64,000 bases of DNA from Tubiluchus corallicola. Lineage: Eukaryota; Animalia; Priapulida. Position 1 is the first letter of the stretch; every line of letters begins with the position of its first letter. The stretch is taken from assembly GCA_030141605.1 (NCBI GenBank), contig JAQGDQ010000672.1:51082-115081 (forward strand), written 5' to 3'. Made by a program: the position numbers and the translations under genes. Of the stretch, positions 24,776 to 37,799 are shown one piece after another. The notes beneath the pieces were generated by a model. That model did no database searches. It was given only the letters and a program-made list of their open reading frames with translations, and was not told where the DNA came from.

Positions 24776-25864
24776 CTGTTGCTTTTGAAGAAACATGGGA
24801 AACCATGCGTTATACTTCACATTCAATGCGTTTTAGTTCATTTGTTAAATTACTTAAACCACGTTGCTAAGAATGAAAGAAATTTGTACAAACCCACGCT
24901 AAGATTGACAGAGTGACGAATGAGTTTGTACAATGAATAATAATCAAACTTGAAACGCGCCGATGAATGTCAGCAAAAGTTAGAGCCGAGTACAAGGTCC
25001 AAAGTGCAATAAACATGGAAAAATTTCTTGCGCAAACTGTAGACTCACAGAGCTAAAAATGGACCCCAGTAGAACGCAGACACCCGAAGAATTTATCTTT
25101 GAGTAATAAGGCAATGTCTAAGTTCCAAGAAGTAGCATTTAGTAGAACTCTGCACCTCACACTGCAGGGGGTGGCTAAAGTGGGCGGAGAGGACGCCCAA
25201 AGTGCGACATTCGAGTGAGATGGTCCTAAAATAGTGCCATGCGTCACTTTGGCGAAATCATTTTTGGACTAATGCAGTGATAATCAGTTTTCTAAATCAC
25301 ATTCCTTCCCTTGCGATCCCTGGATTTTCTCATCTACTAACCCATTTTCCGTTTCTACGTATCTATTTTTGGTTTTTTCTACTATCCTTTATGGTGGTAA
25401 TTATTAAAACAATTAAATTTACGAAACTGAATATCTTTTTAATTGCAATTTGATCAAAATGACTAATGTTCCACTTAAGATAGGTTACAATGTGTTTTCT
25501 GATCTGTTACTTAGGTATGACGCATAGTTTCCCATTTAAAATTTATTAATGTGTTTGATATTGTATTTTTTGATGTGTAAAATAAAATTCATAGTTCATA
25601 GTAAGGATGGGTTTTTGGTTAGGGCAGGTAGATTGTGTAAAATTATGTTAAAGAGGGGTTAATCTACGACCAGTCTTCCTCAACCTTGTGAAAATGTTTT
25701 TAAAAGTTGCCATTTTTGGTTGGTATTCAGTTAAAAAAGTGGCTGTTACCTTGATGTGGTTTTAGTGATGAGAAACTTGTCTAGCATTTTGTCGCTTTGT
25801 GGTCATGTTGTAAGAGCCCCTTCTTTTTTATCATTGTAGCAGTTGGTTTACTAATGGTGATAAA

Positions 25865-26006
25865 CTTACTTACTTACTTACTTACTTTACTTACTTACTT
25901 TACTTACTTACTTTACTTACTTTACTTACTTTACTTACTTACTCACTCACTCACTCACTCACTCACTCACTCACTCACTCACTCACTCACTAACTCACTC
26001 ACTTAC
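25865..26006. repeat. (TTAC)n/(TCAC)n microsatellite
   Basis: Direct reading. Confidence 0.9.
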
Positions 26007-26091
26007 GTTGATGTTCTGTGTGTGTGCTTTGTATTATGTGTTATTCTGTAGTTATCACATTAACATCTAAGGTTGGGCAGTCAATGTGACT

Positions 26092-27976
26092 GTCCCGCCA
26101 GGAGAGTTTGAAGACAGTGAGTGGGGACAGGGTCCCAGCCACGAGAGTTTGAAGATAGTGAGTAGGAACCGGGTCCCAGCCACGAGAGTTTGAAGATAGT
26201 GAGTAGGAACCGGGTCCCCGCAGAGAGAGTTTGAAGATAGTGAGTAGGAACTGGGTCCCCGCAGGGAGAGTTTGAAGACAGTGAGTAGGGACCGGGTCCC
26301 TGCAGGGAGAGCTGAAGATAGTGAGAAGGAACTGGGTCCCCACAGGGAGAGTTTGAAGATAGTGAGTAGGAACTGGGTCCCCACAGGAAGAGTTTGAAGA
26401 TAGTGAGAAGGAACTGGGTCCCCACAGGGAGAGTTTGAAGATAGTGAGAAGGAACTGGGTCCCCACAGGGAGAGTTTGAAGATAGTGAGTAGGAACCGGG
26501 TCCCTGCAGGGAGAGCTGAAGATAGTGAGAAGGAACTGGGTCCCCACAGGGAGAGTTTGAAGATAGTGAGTAGGAACTGGTTCCCTGCAGGGAGAGTTTG
26601 AAGATAGTGAGTAGTAACCGGGTCCCCGCTGGGAGAGTTTGAAGATAGTGAGGAGAAACCGGGTCCCTGCAGGGAGGGTTTGAAGACAGTGAGTAGGAAC
26701 CAGGTCCCTGCAGGGAGAGTTTGAAGACAGTGAGTAGGAACCAGGTCCCTGCAGGGAGAGTTTGAAGATAGTGAGTAGGAACCGGGTCCCTGCAGGGAGA
26801 GTTTGAAGATAGTGAGTAGGAACCGGGTCCCTGCAGGGAGAGTTTGAAGATAGTGAGTAGGGACCGGGTCCCAGCCAGGAGAGTTTGAAGATAGTGAGTA
26901 GGAACCGGGTCCCTGCAGGCAGAGTTTGAAGATAGTGAGTAGGAACCGGGTCCCTGCAGGGAGAGTTTGAAGATAGTGAGTAGGAACCGGGTCCCCACAG
27001 GGAGAGTTTGAAGATAGTGAGTAGGAACCGGGTCCCTGCAGGGAGAGTTTGAAGACAGTGAGTAGAAACCGGGTCCCTGCAGGGAGAGTTTGAAGACAGT
27101 GAGTAGAAACCGGGTCCCTGCAGGGAGAGTTTGAAGATAGTGAGTAGGAACCGGGTCCTTGCAGGGAGAGTTTGAAGATAGTGAGTAGGAACCGGGTCCC
27201 TGCAGGGAGAGTTTGAAGATAGTGAGTAGGGACTGGGTCCCAGCCAGGAGAGTTTGAAGATAGTGAGTAGGAACCGGGTCCCTGCAGGCAGAGTTTGAAG
27301 ATAGTGAGTAGGAACCAGGTCCCTGCAGGGAGAGTTTGAAGATAGTGAGTAGGAACCGGGTCCCCACAGGGAGAGTTTGAAGATAGTGAGTAGGAACCGG
27401 GTCCCAGCCAGGAGAGTTTGAAGATAGTGAGTAGAAACAGGGTCCCAGCCAGGAGAGTTTGAAGACAGTGAGTAGGAACCGGGTCCCAGCCAGGAGAGTT
27501 TGAAGATAGTGAGTAGGAACCGGGTCCCCGCCAGCAGAGTTTGAAGATAGTGAGTAGGAACCGGGTCCTTGCAGGGAGAGTTTGAAGATAGTGAGTAGAA
27601 ACCGGGTCCCTGCAGGGAGAGTTTGAAGATAGTAGTGAGTAGGAACTGGGTCCCTGCAGGGAGAGTTTGAAGATAGTGAGTAGGAACCGGGTCCCTGCAG
27701 GGAGAGTTTGAAGACAGTGAGTAGAAACCGGGTCCCTGCAGGGAGAGTTTGAAGATAGTGAGTAGGAACTGGGTCCCTGCAGGGAGAGTTTGAAGATAGT
27801 GAGTAGGAACAGGGTCCCTGCAGGGAGAGTTTGAAGATAGTGAGTAGGAACAGGGTCCCTGCAGGGAGAGTTTGAAGATAGTGAGTAGAAACCGGGTCCC
27901 TGCAGAGAGAGTTTGAAGATAGTGAGTAGGAACAGGGTCCCTGCAGGGAGAGTTTGAAGATAGTGAGTAGGGACCG
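26092..27976. repeat. 41-bp tandem repeat, about 46 copies
   Basis: Unit CCGGGTCCCTGCAGGGAGAGTTTGAAGATAGTGAGTAGGAA. Confidence 0.97.
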
Positions 27977-28380
27977 AAATCTGAATCTTGACTCACATAA
28001 TGACCGTTTTCCTTTGGTGGTAATTTTGTACTTGTGTACCGTTGTAGATTGCATGATTTGCTGTTGTTTGTCTGTTTTTGTTGTTTGCGTGCGGTGTTGA
28101 TGTCATTTGAGTTAATTACGTTGTGTTTCTTTGCATTTCTGTAAGATGGCGCCACAAATGCAGTGCACGTTTTAACATGTTTTTTGCTGGCTCCTACAGG
28201 TATTTTACACATTTTGTTTAACAGCTTACGCATACATACGTGTTTACTGTACTGTATTATGTGTCTACGAGACCAACATGAATTTTGCTATTTAAAACAC
28301 CGAAGTCTACACTTAGTGGAGTCAGTAATTTAGTAATATCAGTAATATAAATGACTTAACCTAGCCACTGGGGGGGGGGG

Positions 28381-28728
28381 GGCAAGCCAGCCCAACTCAG
28401 TGCCGGTTCCAAGCCCGGATAAATAGGGAGGGTTAGGGTCAGGAAGGGCATCCGCCTGTAAAAACTGCGCCAAAACCTCCTATGAATGAGTCGGTGAGAC
28501 TTAAAAAGGTAAAGTCCAGAAAGAAGTGGTCAGACCCGCTCTAATCTAGAGAACAGTAAAAGTAGTGGAAGCCTCGCAAGATTGCGATGGTATGGACACC
28601 TGAAAAGAAGAGTCGGTGAAGATCATGTCGGAAGGGAAGACTTAAATGAAGAGATGGTCAACAATAGGAATGCGTGGAGAAGACTCATTCACAACGGCGA
28701 CCCCGCATAGGGAAAAGCTGGCAAGAAA
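28381..28728 (+). mobile_element. Internally deleted RTE-clade non-LTR element (5'UTR joined to 3' end)
   Basis: The 5' motif GCCGGTTCCAAGCCCGGATAAATAGGGAGGGTT..CAGGAAGGGCATCCG is recalled from RTE/Expander 5' ends. The 3' part encodes NRNAWRRLIHNGDPA* followed by GGAAAAG, a typical RTE terminus. Confidence 0.7.
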
Positions 28729-29243
28729 AAGTAATATAAATGAATTATAGTAACTCTGTCACTAATAGCATAATTACTCATGAACAGTGTAAAGTTTTTG
28801 TTTGTTCTGCCCATGACCACAGTGCAACCTAGTGATACTGAAGTTTGAACACTGTTTGCCAGGGTTGAAAAAGTCAATTATTGAAGATAATCATGAAAAA
28901 CTTGATCATGTCTAGCAACAGGGCAAAAACTCAAGGTCGATAAACTCCTGACGTAGTTAACTGCTACTGGACCCAAGATCAGTCAAGATATATTACTGAT
29001 ATTACTAAATTATATAATGTAATACGTGTTATGTTAGTTTCGTAATGTCGAATGTATAAATAGTGTAAATGTAATGAGTGAATTTTATGTAATGTAAAGC
29101 ATGTTTCTGTTAATTGTGTCATGTCAAATGTATATATAGTGTAAAATATGTCATGTAAAATTTAATGTACTTTTGTAATATTGTTTGTAAATATGTTCAT
29201 TTATTGTATATAATTAGGCCTTAGTTTTGCCCTTTAGTTTTTT

Positions 29244-29575
29244 TATAGGTTTTACACGTCAAATGTAGACACAGGAAAGTTCAAATGTGACTTAGGTAAG
29301 TCAAATGTAGACATAGGAATTTCGAATGTGTTTTGGTAACTCAAATGTGACTTAGGTAAGTCAAATGAAGACACAGGAATTCCGAATGTGTTTTGGTTAC
29401 TCAAATGTGACTTAGGTAAGTCAAATGTAGACATAGGACATTTGACTTGACATGTGTCTATATTTGATTTACCAAAAACGCTTAAGATTTGTTGAAAACC
29501 ATTGTTAACACATTTGAATTACCTAAATCTACATTTGAGTTAACGCAGGTCTACATTTGACATGTAAAACCTATA
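29244..29575. mobile_element. MITE with 27-bp TIRs and internal 60-bp repeats
   Basis: TATAGGTTTTACACGTCAAATGTAGAC ... GTCTACATTTGACATGTAAAACCTATA. Confidence 0.8.
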
Positions 29576-29989
29576 GTATGAACTGGACGCATTTGTCTTG
29601 AACAGTGTTGTTATCTTAACATTACGCTAAGGCTTACTCAATTTTATTATTTATTATAATGAGTGAACCATTTTAAAGACAAACAAAGAATTAATATATA
29701 TACACATAAGAATGAATGTTACTCTGAACCGAGGACTGTGGTCCAAATTTAGTATTTAATGTCTTTATATCTATGACTGGGATTCTCTTCTTGTTGTGGT
29801 TCATCAGCAATGGTGGCCAATCTCTCCTGTGTTTGTGCGTTCTGGCTACATTTAGAAATTCTCATCTCAATTTTACAATTTATGCTCATTTTAGCAGCAG
29901 TTGTTGTATGGCGAGTTCGCATTCTTTCCACCATCTTTCACCAACAACAATGTCTAACAATAATTTTAATAGAGCCGATTATTCGATGG

Positions 29990-30382
29990 TTAGGAGGGAG
30001 TATCGAACGTTCGAATTCGATTCGAACGAGTTTCTTTAGTTTGAATTCGATTCGAACCTAAAATTACAAATTGGAATAATTCAGCACTTTAACCACATAA
30101 CCGTCGCTTATCATTAACACGTTTCAAACTTTCTACAATTAGCACAACTTAGCTGTGATTTTCGAGCACAATTCTTAAATAAATTATTAGTGATTTCACT
30201 GCAGAACAAAATCGAATAATATACATTGTCTCTGTAAGATGGCTTTTTACTGGTGGCTCGAAAACTTGCTTAAAATTCTTTTAAACGGAGTTCGAATTCG
30301 AAATACCGAAATTCGGCTCGATTCGAATGCCACAAATTCGATTTGATTCGAATTCGCTTTCTGGTAGAGAATGAGCACCCCG
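29990..30382. mobile_element. Degenerate hAT-like MITE with TTCGAA subterminal repeats
   Basis: Dense TTCGAA/ATTCGA clusters at both ends; TIRs eroded. Confidence 0.45.
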
Positions 30383-30387
30383 ACCGC

Positions 30388-33304
30388 TGACGTAGTGAAG
30401 CCAATAAAGAAATCGTCAATCTTTTACAGCATTTATATTTGTTGACCTAGTGAAGACTATAAAAAAATTGTCAATCTTTTACAGCATTTATATTTGTTGA
30501 CGTAGTGAAGACAATAAAGAAATTGTCAATCTTTTACAGCATTTATATTTGTTGACCTAGTGAAGACAATAAAGAAATTGTCAATCTTTTACAGCATTTA
30601 TATTTGTTGACGTAGTGAAGACAATAAAGAAATCGTCAATCTTTTACAGCATTTATATTTGTTGACGTAGTGAAGACAATAAAGAAATCGTCAATCTTTC
30701 ACAGCATTTATATTTGTTGACGTAGTGAAGACAATAAAGAAATTGTCAATCTTTTACAGCATTTATATTTGTTGACGTAGTGAAGACAATAAAGAAATTG
30801 TCAATCTTTTACAGCATTTATATTTGTTGACCTAGTGAAGACAATAAAGAAATCGTCAATCTTTTACAGCATTTATATTTGTTGACCTAGTGAAGACAAT
30901 AAAGAAATTGTCAATCTTTTACAGCATTTATATTTGTTGACGTAGTGAAGACAATAAAGAAATCGTCAATCTTTTATAGCATTTATATTTGTTGACCTAG
31001 TGAAGACAATAAAGAAATCGTCAATCTTTTACAGCATTTATATTTGTTGACCTAGTGAAGACAATAAAGAAATTGTCAATCTTTTACAGCATTTATATTT
31101 GTTGACGTAGTGAAGACAATAAAGAAATCGTCAATCTTTTATAGCATTTATATTTGTTGACCTAGTGAAGACAATAAAGAAATTGTCAATCTTTTAGAGC
31201 ATTTATATTTGTTGACCTAGTGAAGACAATAAAGAAATCGTCAATCTTTTATAGCATTTATATTTTTTGACCTAGTGAAGACAATAAAGAAATTGTCAAT
31301 CTTTTACAGCATTTATATTTGTTGACCTAGTGAAGACAATAAAGAAATCGTCAATCTTTTACAGCATTTATATTTGTTGACGTAGTGAAGACAATAAAGA
31401 AATCGTCAATCTTTTATAGCATTTATATTTGTTGACCTAGTGAAGACAATAAAGAAATCGTCAATCTTTTAGAGCATTTATATTTGTTGACCTAGTGAAG
31501 ACAATAAAGAAATCGTCAATCTTTTAGAGCATTTATATTTGTTGACCTAGTGAAGACAATAAAGAAATCGTCAATCTTTTATAGCATTTATATTTGTTGA
31601 CCTAGTGAAGACAATAAAGAAATCGTCAATCTTTTACAGCATTTATATTTGTTGACGTAGTGAAGACAATAAAGAAATTGTCAATCTTTTACAGCATTTA
31701 TATTTGTTGACCTAGTGAAGACAATAAAGAAATTGTCAATCTTTTACAGCATTTATATTTGTTGACCTAGTGAAGACAATAAAGAAATCGTCAATCTTTT
31801 ACAGCATTTATATTTGTTGACCTAGTGAAGACAATAAAGAAATTGTCAATCTTTTACAGCATTTATATTTGTTGACGTAGTGAAGACAATAAAGAAATCG
31901 TCAATCTTTTATAGCATTTATATTTGTTGACCTAGTGAAGACAATAAAGAAATCGTCAATCTTTTACAGCATTTATATTTGTTGACCTAGTGAAGACAAT
32001 AAAGAAATCGTCAATCTTTTACAGCATTTATATTTGTTGACGTAGTGAAGACAATAAAGAAATCGTCAATCTTTTATAGCATTTATATTTGTTGACCTAG
32101 TGAAGACAATAAAGAAATCTTCAATCTTTTACAGCATTTATATTTGTTGACCTAGTGAAGACAATAAAGAAATCGTCAATCTTTTACAGCATTTATATTT
32201 GTTGACCTAGTGAAGACAATAAAGAAATTGTCAATCTTTTACAGCATTTATATTTGTTGACCTAGTGAAGACAATAAAGAAATTGTCAATCTTTTACAGC
32301 ATTTATATTTGTTGACCTAGTGAAGACAATAAAGAAATTGTCAATCTTTTACAGCATTTATATTTGTTGACCTAGTGAAGACAATAAAGAAATCGTCAAT
32401 CTTTTACAGCATTTATATTTGTTGACGTAGTGAAGACAATAAAGAAATCGTCAATCTTTCACAGCATTTATATTTGTTGACGTAGTGAAGACAATAAAGA
32501 AATTGTCAATCTTTTACAGCATTTATATTTGTTGACGTAGTGAAGACAATAAAGAAATTGTCAATCTTTTACAGCATTTATATTTGTTGACGTAGTGAAG
32601 ACAATAAAGAAATCGTCAATCTTTTACAGCATTTATATTTGTTGACCTAGTGAAGACAATAAAGAAATTGTCAATCTTTTACAGCATTTATATTTGTTGA
32701 CCCAGTGAAGACAATAAAGAAATCGTCAATCTTTTACAGCATTTATATTTGTTGACGTAGTGAAGACAATAAAGAAATCGTCAATCTTTTACAGCATACA
32801 TATTTGTTGACGTAGTGAAGACAATAAAGAAATCGTCAATCTTTTACAGCATTTATATTTGTTGACGTAGTGAAGACAATAAAAAAATCGTCAATCTTTT
32901 ACAGCATTTATATTTGTTGACGTAGTGAAGACAATAAAGAAATCGTCAATCTTTTACAGCATTTATATTTGTTGACCTAGTGAAGACAATAAAGAAATTG
33001 TCAATCTTTTACAGCATTTATATTTGTTGACGTAGTGAAGGCAATAAAGAAATTGTCAATCTTTTACAGCATTTATATTTGTTGACCTAGTGAAGACAAT
33101 AAAGAAATTGTCAATCTTTTACAGCATTTATATTTGTTGATCTAGTGAAGACAATAAAGAAATCGTCAATCTTTTACAGCATTTATATTTGTTGACGTAG
33201 TGAAGAGAATAAAGAAATCGTCAATCTTTTACAGCATTTATATTTGTTGACGTAGTGAAGACAATAAAGAAATTGTCAATCTTTTACAGCATACATATTT
33301 GTTA
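30388..33304. repeat. 55-bp satellite, about 53 copies
   Basis: Unit GAC(G/C)TAGTGAAGACAATAAAGAAAT(C/T)GTCAATCTTTTACAGCATTTATATTTGTT. Confidence 0.97.
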
Positions 33305-33544
33305 CCACATAGACACATTGAAACGATGATCCCTTTCTCTCTGTTGACTCACTCCTCTAAGATAAGTCGAAGAGGCCAGGCTGTTGTACAAAAACTCCTC
33401 AACTATCTGGGAACAGTAGCACAACAGCTGTCTCGGAACCCTTTAAGGTTGGTGATACTACGAATATCTACCTCCGAGAAGCACTTCAGCGTGCTCGATA
33501 CCAGAATCTCAGGATTGCCACCAAGGCTTATGATCTTGTGTAAT

Positions 33545-33830
33545 CCACTCTTGGTACTGATATGGAAAGAAGCCACTCTTGGTACTGATATGGAAAGAAG
33601 CCACTCTTGGTACTGATATGGAAAGAAGCCACTTTAGGTTCTGATATGGAAAGAAGCCAGTCTAGGTACTGATATGGACAGAAACCACTCTAGTAACTGA
33701 TATGGAAAGAAGCCACTCTAGGTACTAATATGGACAAAAGCCACTCTAGGTAGTGATATAGACAGAAGCCACTCTAGTTTCTGATATGGAAAGAAGCCAA
33801 TCTAGGTCCCGACATGAAAAGAAGCCACTT
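33545..33830. repeat. 28-bp tandem repeat, about 10 copies
   Basis: Unit CCACTCTTGGTACTGATATGGAAAGAAG, decaying rightwards. Confidence 0.9.
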
Positions 33831-34207
33831 ACATGCTACTGTACAACATTTAGAGTGACACAAAAACGAGCCAAATTTTAAATTTCAATTTTACTGCTTT
33901 GCTCAAGGATCACAGATGAGCTCTCGATCGCGTGTTACGTCACAACTGAACACATCTGAACTAGGAGGTACAGAACTTCTGAGATGCAGACGCTAGTGCC
34001 CACCCAACTAGCGAATCGCAAAATGCATGTAACAGCAAACAGCCAGCCGCCCGAGCAGAAAAGAACGTTTCCATGGTAATAATTTTTTTATGCAAGTCAC
34101 TCTAAAAAACGACGTGTTCTCGTTCAATGTTAGATTATATTGTTTTAAGGTATAGTTTAACATAGGGTGCGGGATTTTTTAAGCAAAATCTTCAAATCTC
34201 AACTTAC

Positions 34208-34313
34208 CGTCAACACCGACTAGCTTCTGATTGGGATACCGTTCAATGACGTCATCAACAGGAATATCACAGTCGACACCACGTCTTTGTTTTACGTCAG
34301 CAGTTGGCGCCAT
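34208..34313 (-). CDS. Cytochrome-b5-fusion desaturase, coding exon 1 (absent from the ORF track)
   Basis: AAGATGG start, MAPTADVKQRR...KLVGVD G|GTAAGT. The phase-1 join gives LVGVDGKWYDVTDF, the canonical b5 strand. Total 427 aa. Confidence 0.85.
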
Positions 34314-34409
34314 CTTTCTGAAAGGAAGGAAATCATACAAACAGACATACTTTAAAAATCGTGCGAAACATTAATTAACAGTTACACTAATCACGACAGT
34401 AATAACATT

Positions 34410-34803
34410 AATAAGCCTTTTCACAGTTCCAGCGATTGATGATGATCGTGAAAAGGTCAAAGGTTATGTGTAACAGACAATGAATTTGTGTACAATTGAC
34501 AACGTCTCACAGCCCATGTTATTGTAATAGTAACAGTTTTAACAGCTAGCAAGAACCTCACCTAGTTCATTTTTCTTGTTTCCAAGCAAGATCCTCCTAG
34601 TAAATCATTCTACGCACAGACTAATGCGTAATTAAGTAAACCCCAACTAAAACAACTGAAGTTACTGAACCGATGCGGCAAAGGGCTTTGCTTTACACAC
34701 ATGTCATGTGACGATTGTAGTTAAGACGGTTTGTTGTGGTATACTTAACCTTTGACCTACAGGAACTGCGCGTGCGCACAACGAAACTGTGAAAAGGCTT
34801 ATT
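34410..34803. mobile_element. Complete MITE with about 19-bp TIRs (superfamily uncertain, possibly PIF/Harbinger or ISL2EU)
   Basis: AATAAGCCTTTTCACAGTT ... AACTGTGAAAAGGCTTATT; partial copy at 10470-10747. Confidence 0.75.
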
Positions 34804-34874
34804 AATGAATCCACGTGTCAGAGACGGGTCTTGGCTCTTGACCCATTCTTGGAGGAAAGTCCGTTAAACCTTAT

Positions 34875-35630
34875 GCCGCGTTCAGACCAGCGAGTTTCTC
34901 GCTAAGTAACTCACAAACATGTTCAGACTAGAGCGCAAAACTTGTTGCGAGTTTCTTACCAACAGTAAGCATGAGCTGACACACAGTTCTCTAATCGATG
35001 TGAAAATGTGTCGTGAGTAACTCGCCAAGGCGTTCACACTACAACAACTGTCGAAAGATCTAGAATTAAAACTTACGTTGTTTATTGAAATAAAAATTTC
35101 ACATAATATTTCTAATTTCTAGCGAACAGCATCTTTATATTTTACTTTCCTTAACTGTACTTTCAGGCTAGCGAGTTTCCTGCCCAAGTTAACTTGCCAA
35201 GTAACTCACTAAACAACTTACAGGCATGTCGAAACTGGAAAGCAAAACTCGCTGTGAGTTACTCTCGTACATTAAGCACGAGCTGACACTCGCTTCTCTA
35301 TTTGCAGGGAGAAGTGTTGAGAGTAACTCGCCAAGACGTTCACACTAGACAGTAAATCAACTCGCAGCAACTGTCGGAGAGCTTACAATTTCTTGCCGAC
35401 AGTAACTCGCAAAGCAGTTCACGCTCCTGAAATCTTGCTGCGAGTTACTCTTGCATTATACACAAGCTGAGTCACTGCGATAAGCATAGAGAGTAACTCG
35501 TCAAGACGTTCACACTAGACAGTAAATCAGCTCGGCGTAACTATCGTAGAGGTTGCAATTTCTTGCCGACAGTAACTCGCAAAGCTGTACACACTTGCCA
35601 GTTTGTTATCAGAGAGAAAACTCGTCAGAC
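34875..35630. mobile_element. Degenerate Harbinger-like element with internal ACTCGC / GTTCACACTAG repeats
   Basis: Starts GCCGCGTTCAGAC, with repeated GAGTAACTCGCCAAGACGTTCACACTA blocks. Right TIR not found. Confidence 0.4.
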
Positions 35631-37672
35631 AATCAGTGAGACAGAAAGTAAATACTGCAAACCTACTATAACAGACGCGTCGGACGTCTTACTGCAGCTT
35701 TATCTATGGTTAGCAGTACATCCAGGAAAGGCAAAGACAGTTTTAAGAGGGGTAGAGCCGATTAAGCACGACTTCGAAGTAAATAACTTAACCCGTGAAG
35801 TGGGTTCATTAAACTCCTACACTCAGGTGTGCAGCTTACGAAACCAGCATGCTACAGGTTGCTTTGAAAGGGTTAAAGGTTGCCTACGAGTTATTGGGGT
35901 GATATAACATATAATAAATGACACATAGATAAACTTATCAAGTTTTTGAATGAAACATAAGTTACATAACGATATCACACAACTGTCCGCCTCTCTAAGC
36001 TGTACTGACTTAATTGGGTTAAACACACGCGCATAAATCAATAATTTTCGTACATAAAACGAGTATGCAATGTAGTAACAGAACGTGTAAACACAAGTAA
36101 ACACATTTATGACCGTCTATAGGTGGTGACAGCTTAGTCAACACAGTGCTCTTGTATTGATGACTGGAACACTGTTCTGTTATAAATAATCGCATTTGTT
36201 GCTGAAACTAGGGGAAAATACGCGTAGGTTAAAGCTGAGTTGACGACACACGTGAAGCCAATTATTGTGCAGGTACAGTGCAGCAGAGAGAGGATAAAAC
36301 AGCGTAGAAACCACTGCATAGAGACCTACTCAACCACCGTGCATCGTTACAAAATTATCATTTTTCCTTTCTACACAGAAACGCGCTTTTCAAAAATTCA
36401 AAACTGTTCATTAATCTGGCTTTAGTGTTTTAAAACTCTTAAAACTAATGTTTACTCTATCATACGATTCACTTCAAATTTTCAGATAATTTTCATTACT
36501 TTTTTATCTTTCCCAGTGTGGGACAATCTAACAAGCCCTGCTTTTTGACTGCCCGCAGCACATTTACATTTGTATATAGCAAACCTAAACTGGGGTATAT
36601 CTAAACTAGTTATGTGCTCAAAGTAAACTGAAATTTACTAAGCAACATACAACAGCGATAATTCTCTTGTTTATCTTTCAACCCCACAGTGTTTTGAGAG
36701 TCAAGTTAGTATATTTGTAATGATGCTGTACATAACGTTGTTTAAACACCAGTATTAAAGGAAGTAGCGATATCACCATCTTTGTTTACCATAGGTTGAC
36801 CTACGTCTAAAGACAGTTTAAATCATTTTTTCCAAAATTTGCTTCCTATTATATGTATCTTACTGTTTGTTATTCATTGAATTATTGATAACTTTTGTTT
36901 CTTTTAATGTATTAATTGTGTATTTGTGTTGATGTGAAATAAATAAAGAATAAATAATAAAGCTTTATGCTACATAATTCATTACAACTGGTTTATCAAA
37001 TCAACCTGTCGCTCTACAATGCAATAGAAACGTGTACTATTAGATGATTTACTCTGCAACGTTGTAAATCGTATCTTGTTGTTTAAATGCAGTTTTTACG
37101 AATCATCATGTAAAGTATCATGAATAGAAGCTCAAAGGAAGACAGAATGATTTTTTCAAATACCACCCCATTTTCAAGTCCGTTAAAAAGTATAATTTTA
37201 ACACAATTAATAATGAAAAACCGTTTCTGATAATTAAATAATAGATTAAAAACTTGGTTAATGGCGGGAGAGCCCAAATATTGACGATATCACAAACTAA
37301 CATATTTTCAACAGCAAAAGCGTTCCATGAGCGTGTTGCACGTGTTTGTGAAGGCGAAACTTGAAGTACAGTACTACTATAAGATATTCACTGGCTTGTA
37401 CTAAAGTTTTAAGATAAAAATCAAAATTTCAAATTTACCACTGTCGAACGTGTGTAGTTCGTCACAAAACTAACATTAACATTAATTTTGTAACTGAACT
37501 GGGAGGTACAGCGCCTGTTTTTTGTGCAACACGTTTCCGAAATACAGGCGTTAGTACCCGTCTAGCTAGCGAATGGCAAAATGCATCTAAAAGCGAAGAA
37601 CTAGTGGCACGAACGCGAAAAATGTGTTTGGGTGATAATAATTCTTTCGTAATAATATATATATAATATATG

Positions 37673-37799
<127 letters not shown>

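Noticed and set aside
26041-28233. 730-aa and 657-aa minus-strand ORFs
   Set aside because: They are translations of a 41-bp satellite that happens to lack stops on that strand; the same peptide cycles through all frames and the array lies in an intron.
33299-33545. Coding-looking stretch between two satellites
   Set aside because: No recognisable motif or splice context in any frame.
5892-33830. Tandem arrays as possible CRISPR arrays
   Set aside because: Units are head-to-tail with no unique spacers, no cas genes are present and the context is eukaryotic. The 53515 array has only microsatellite spacers.
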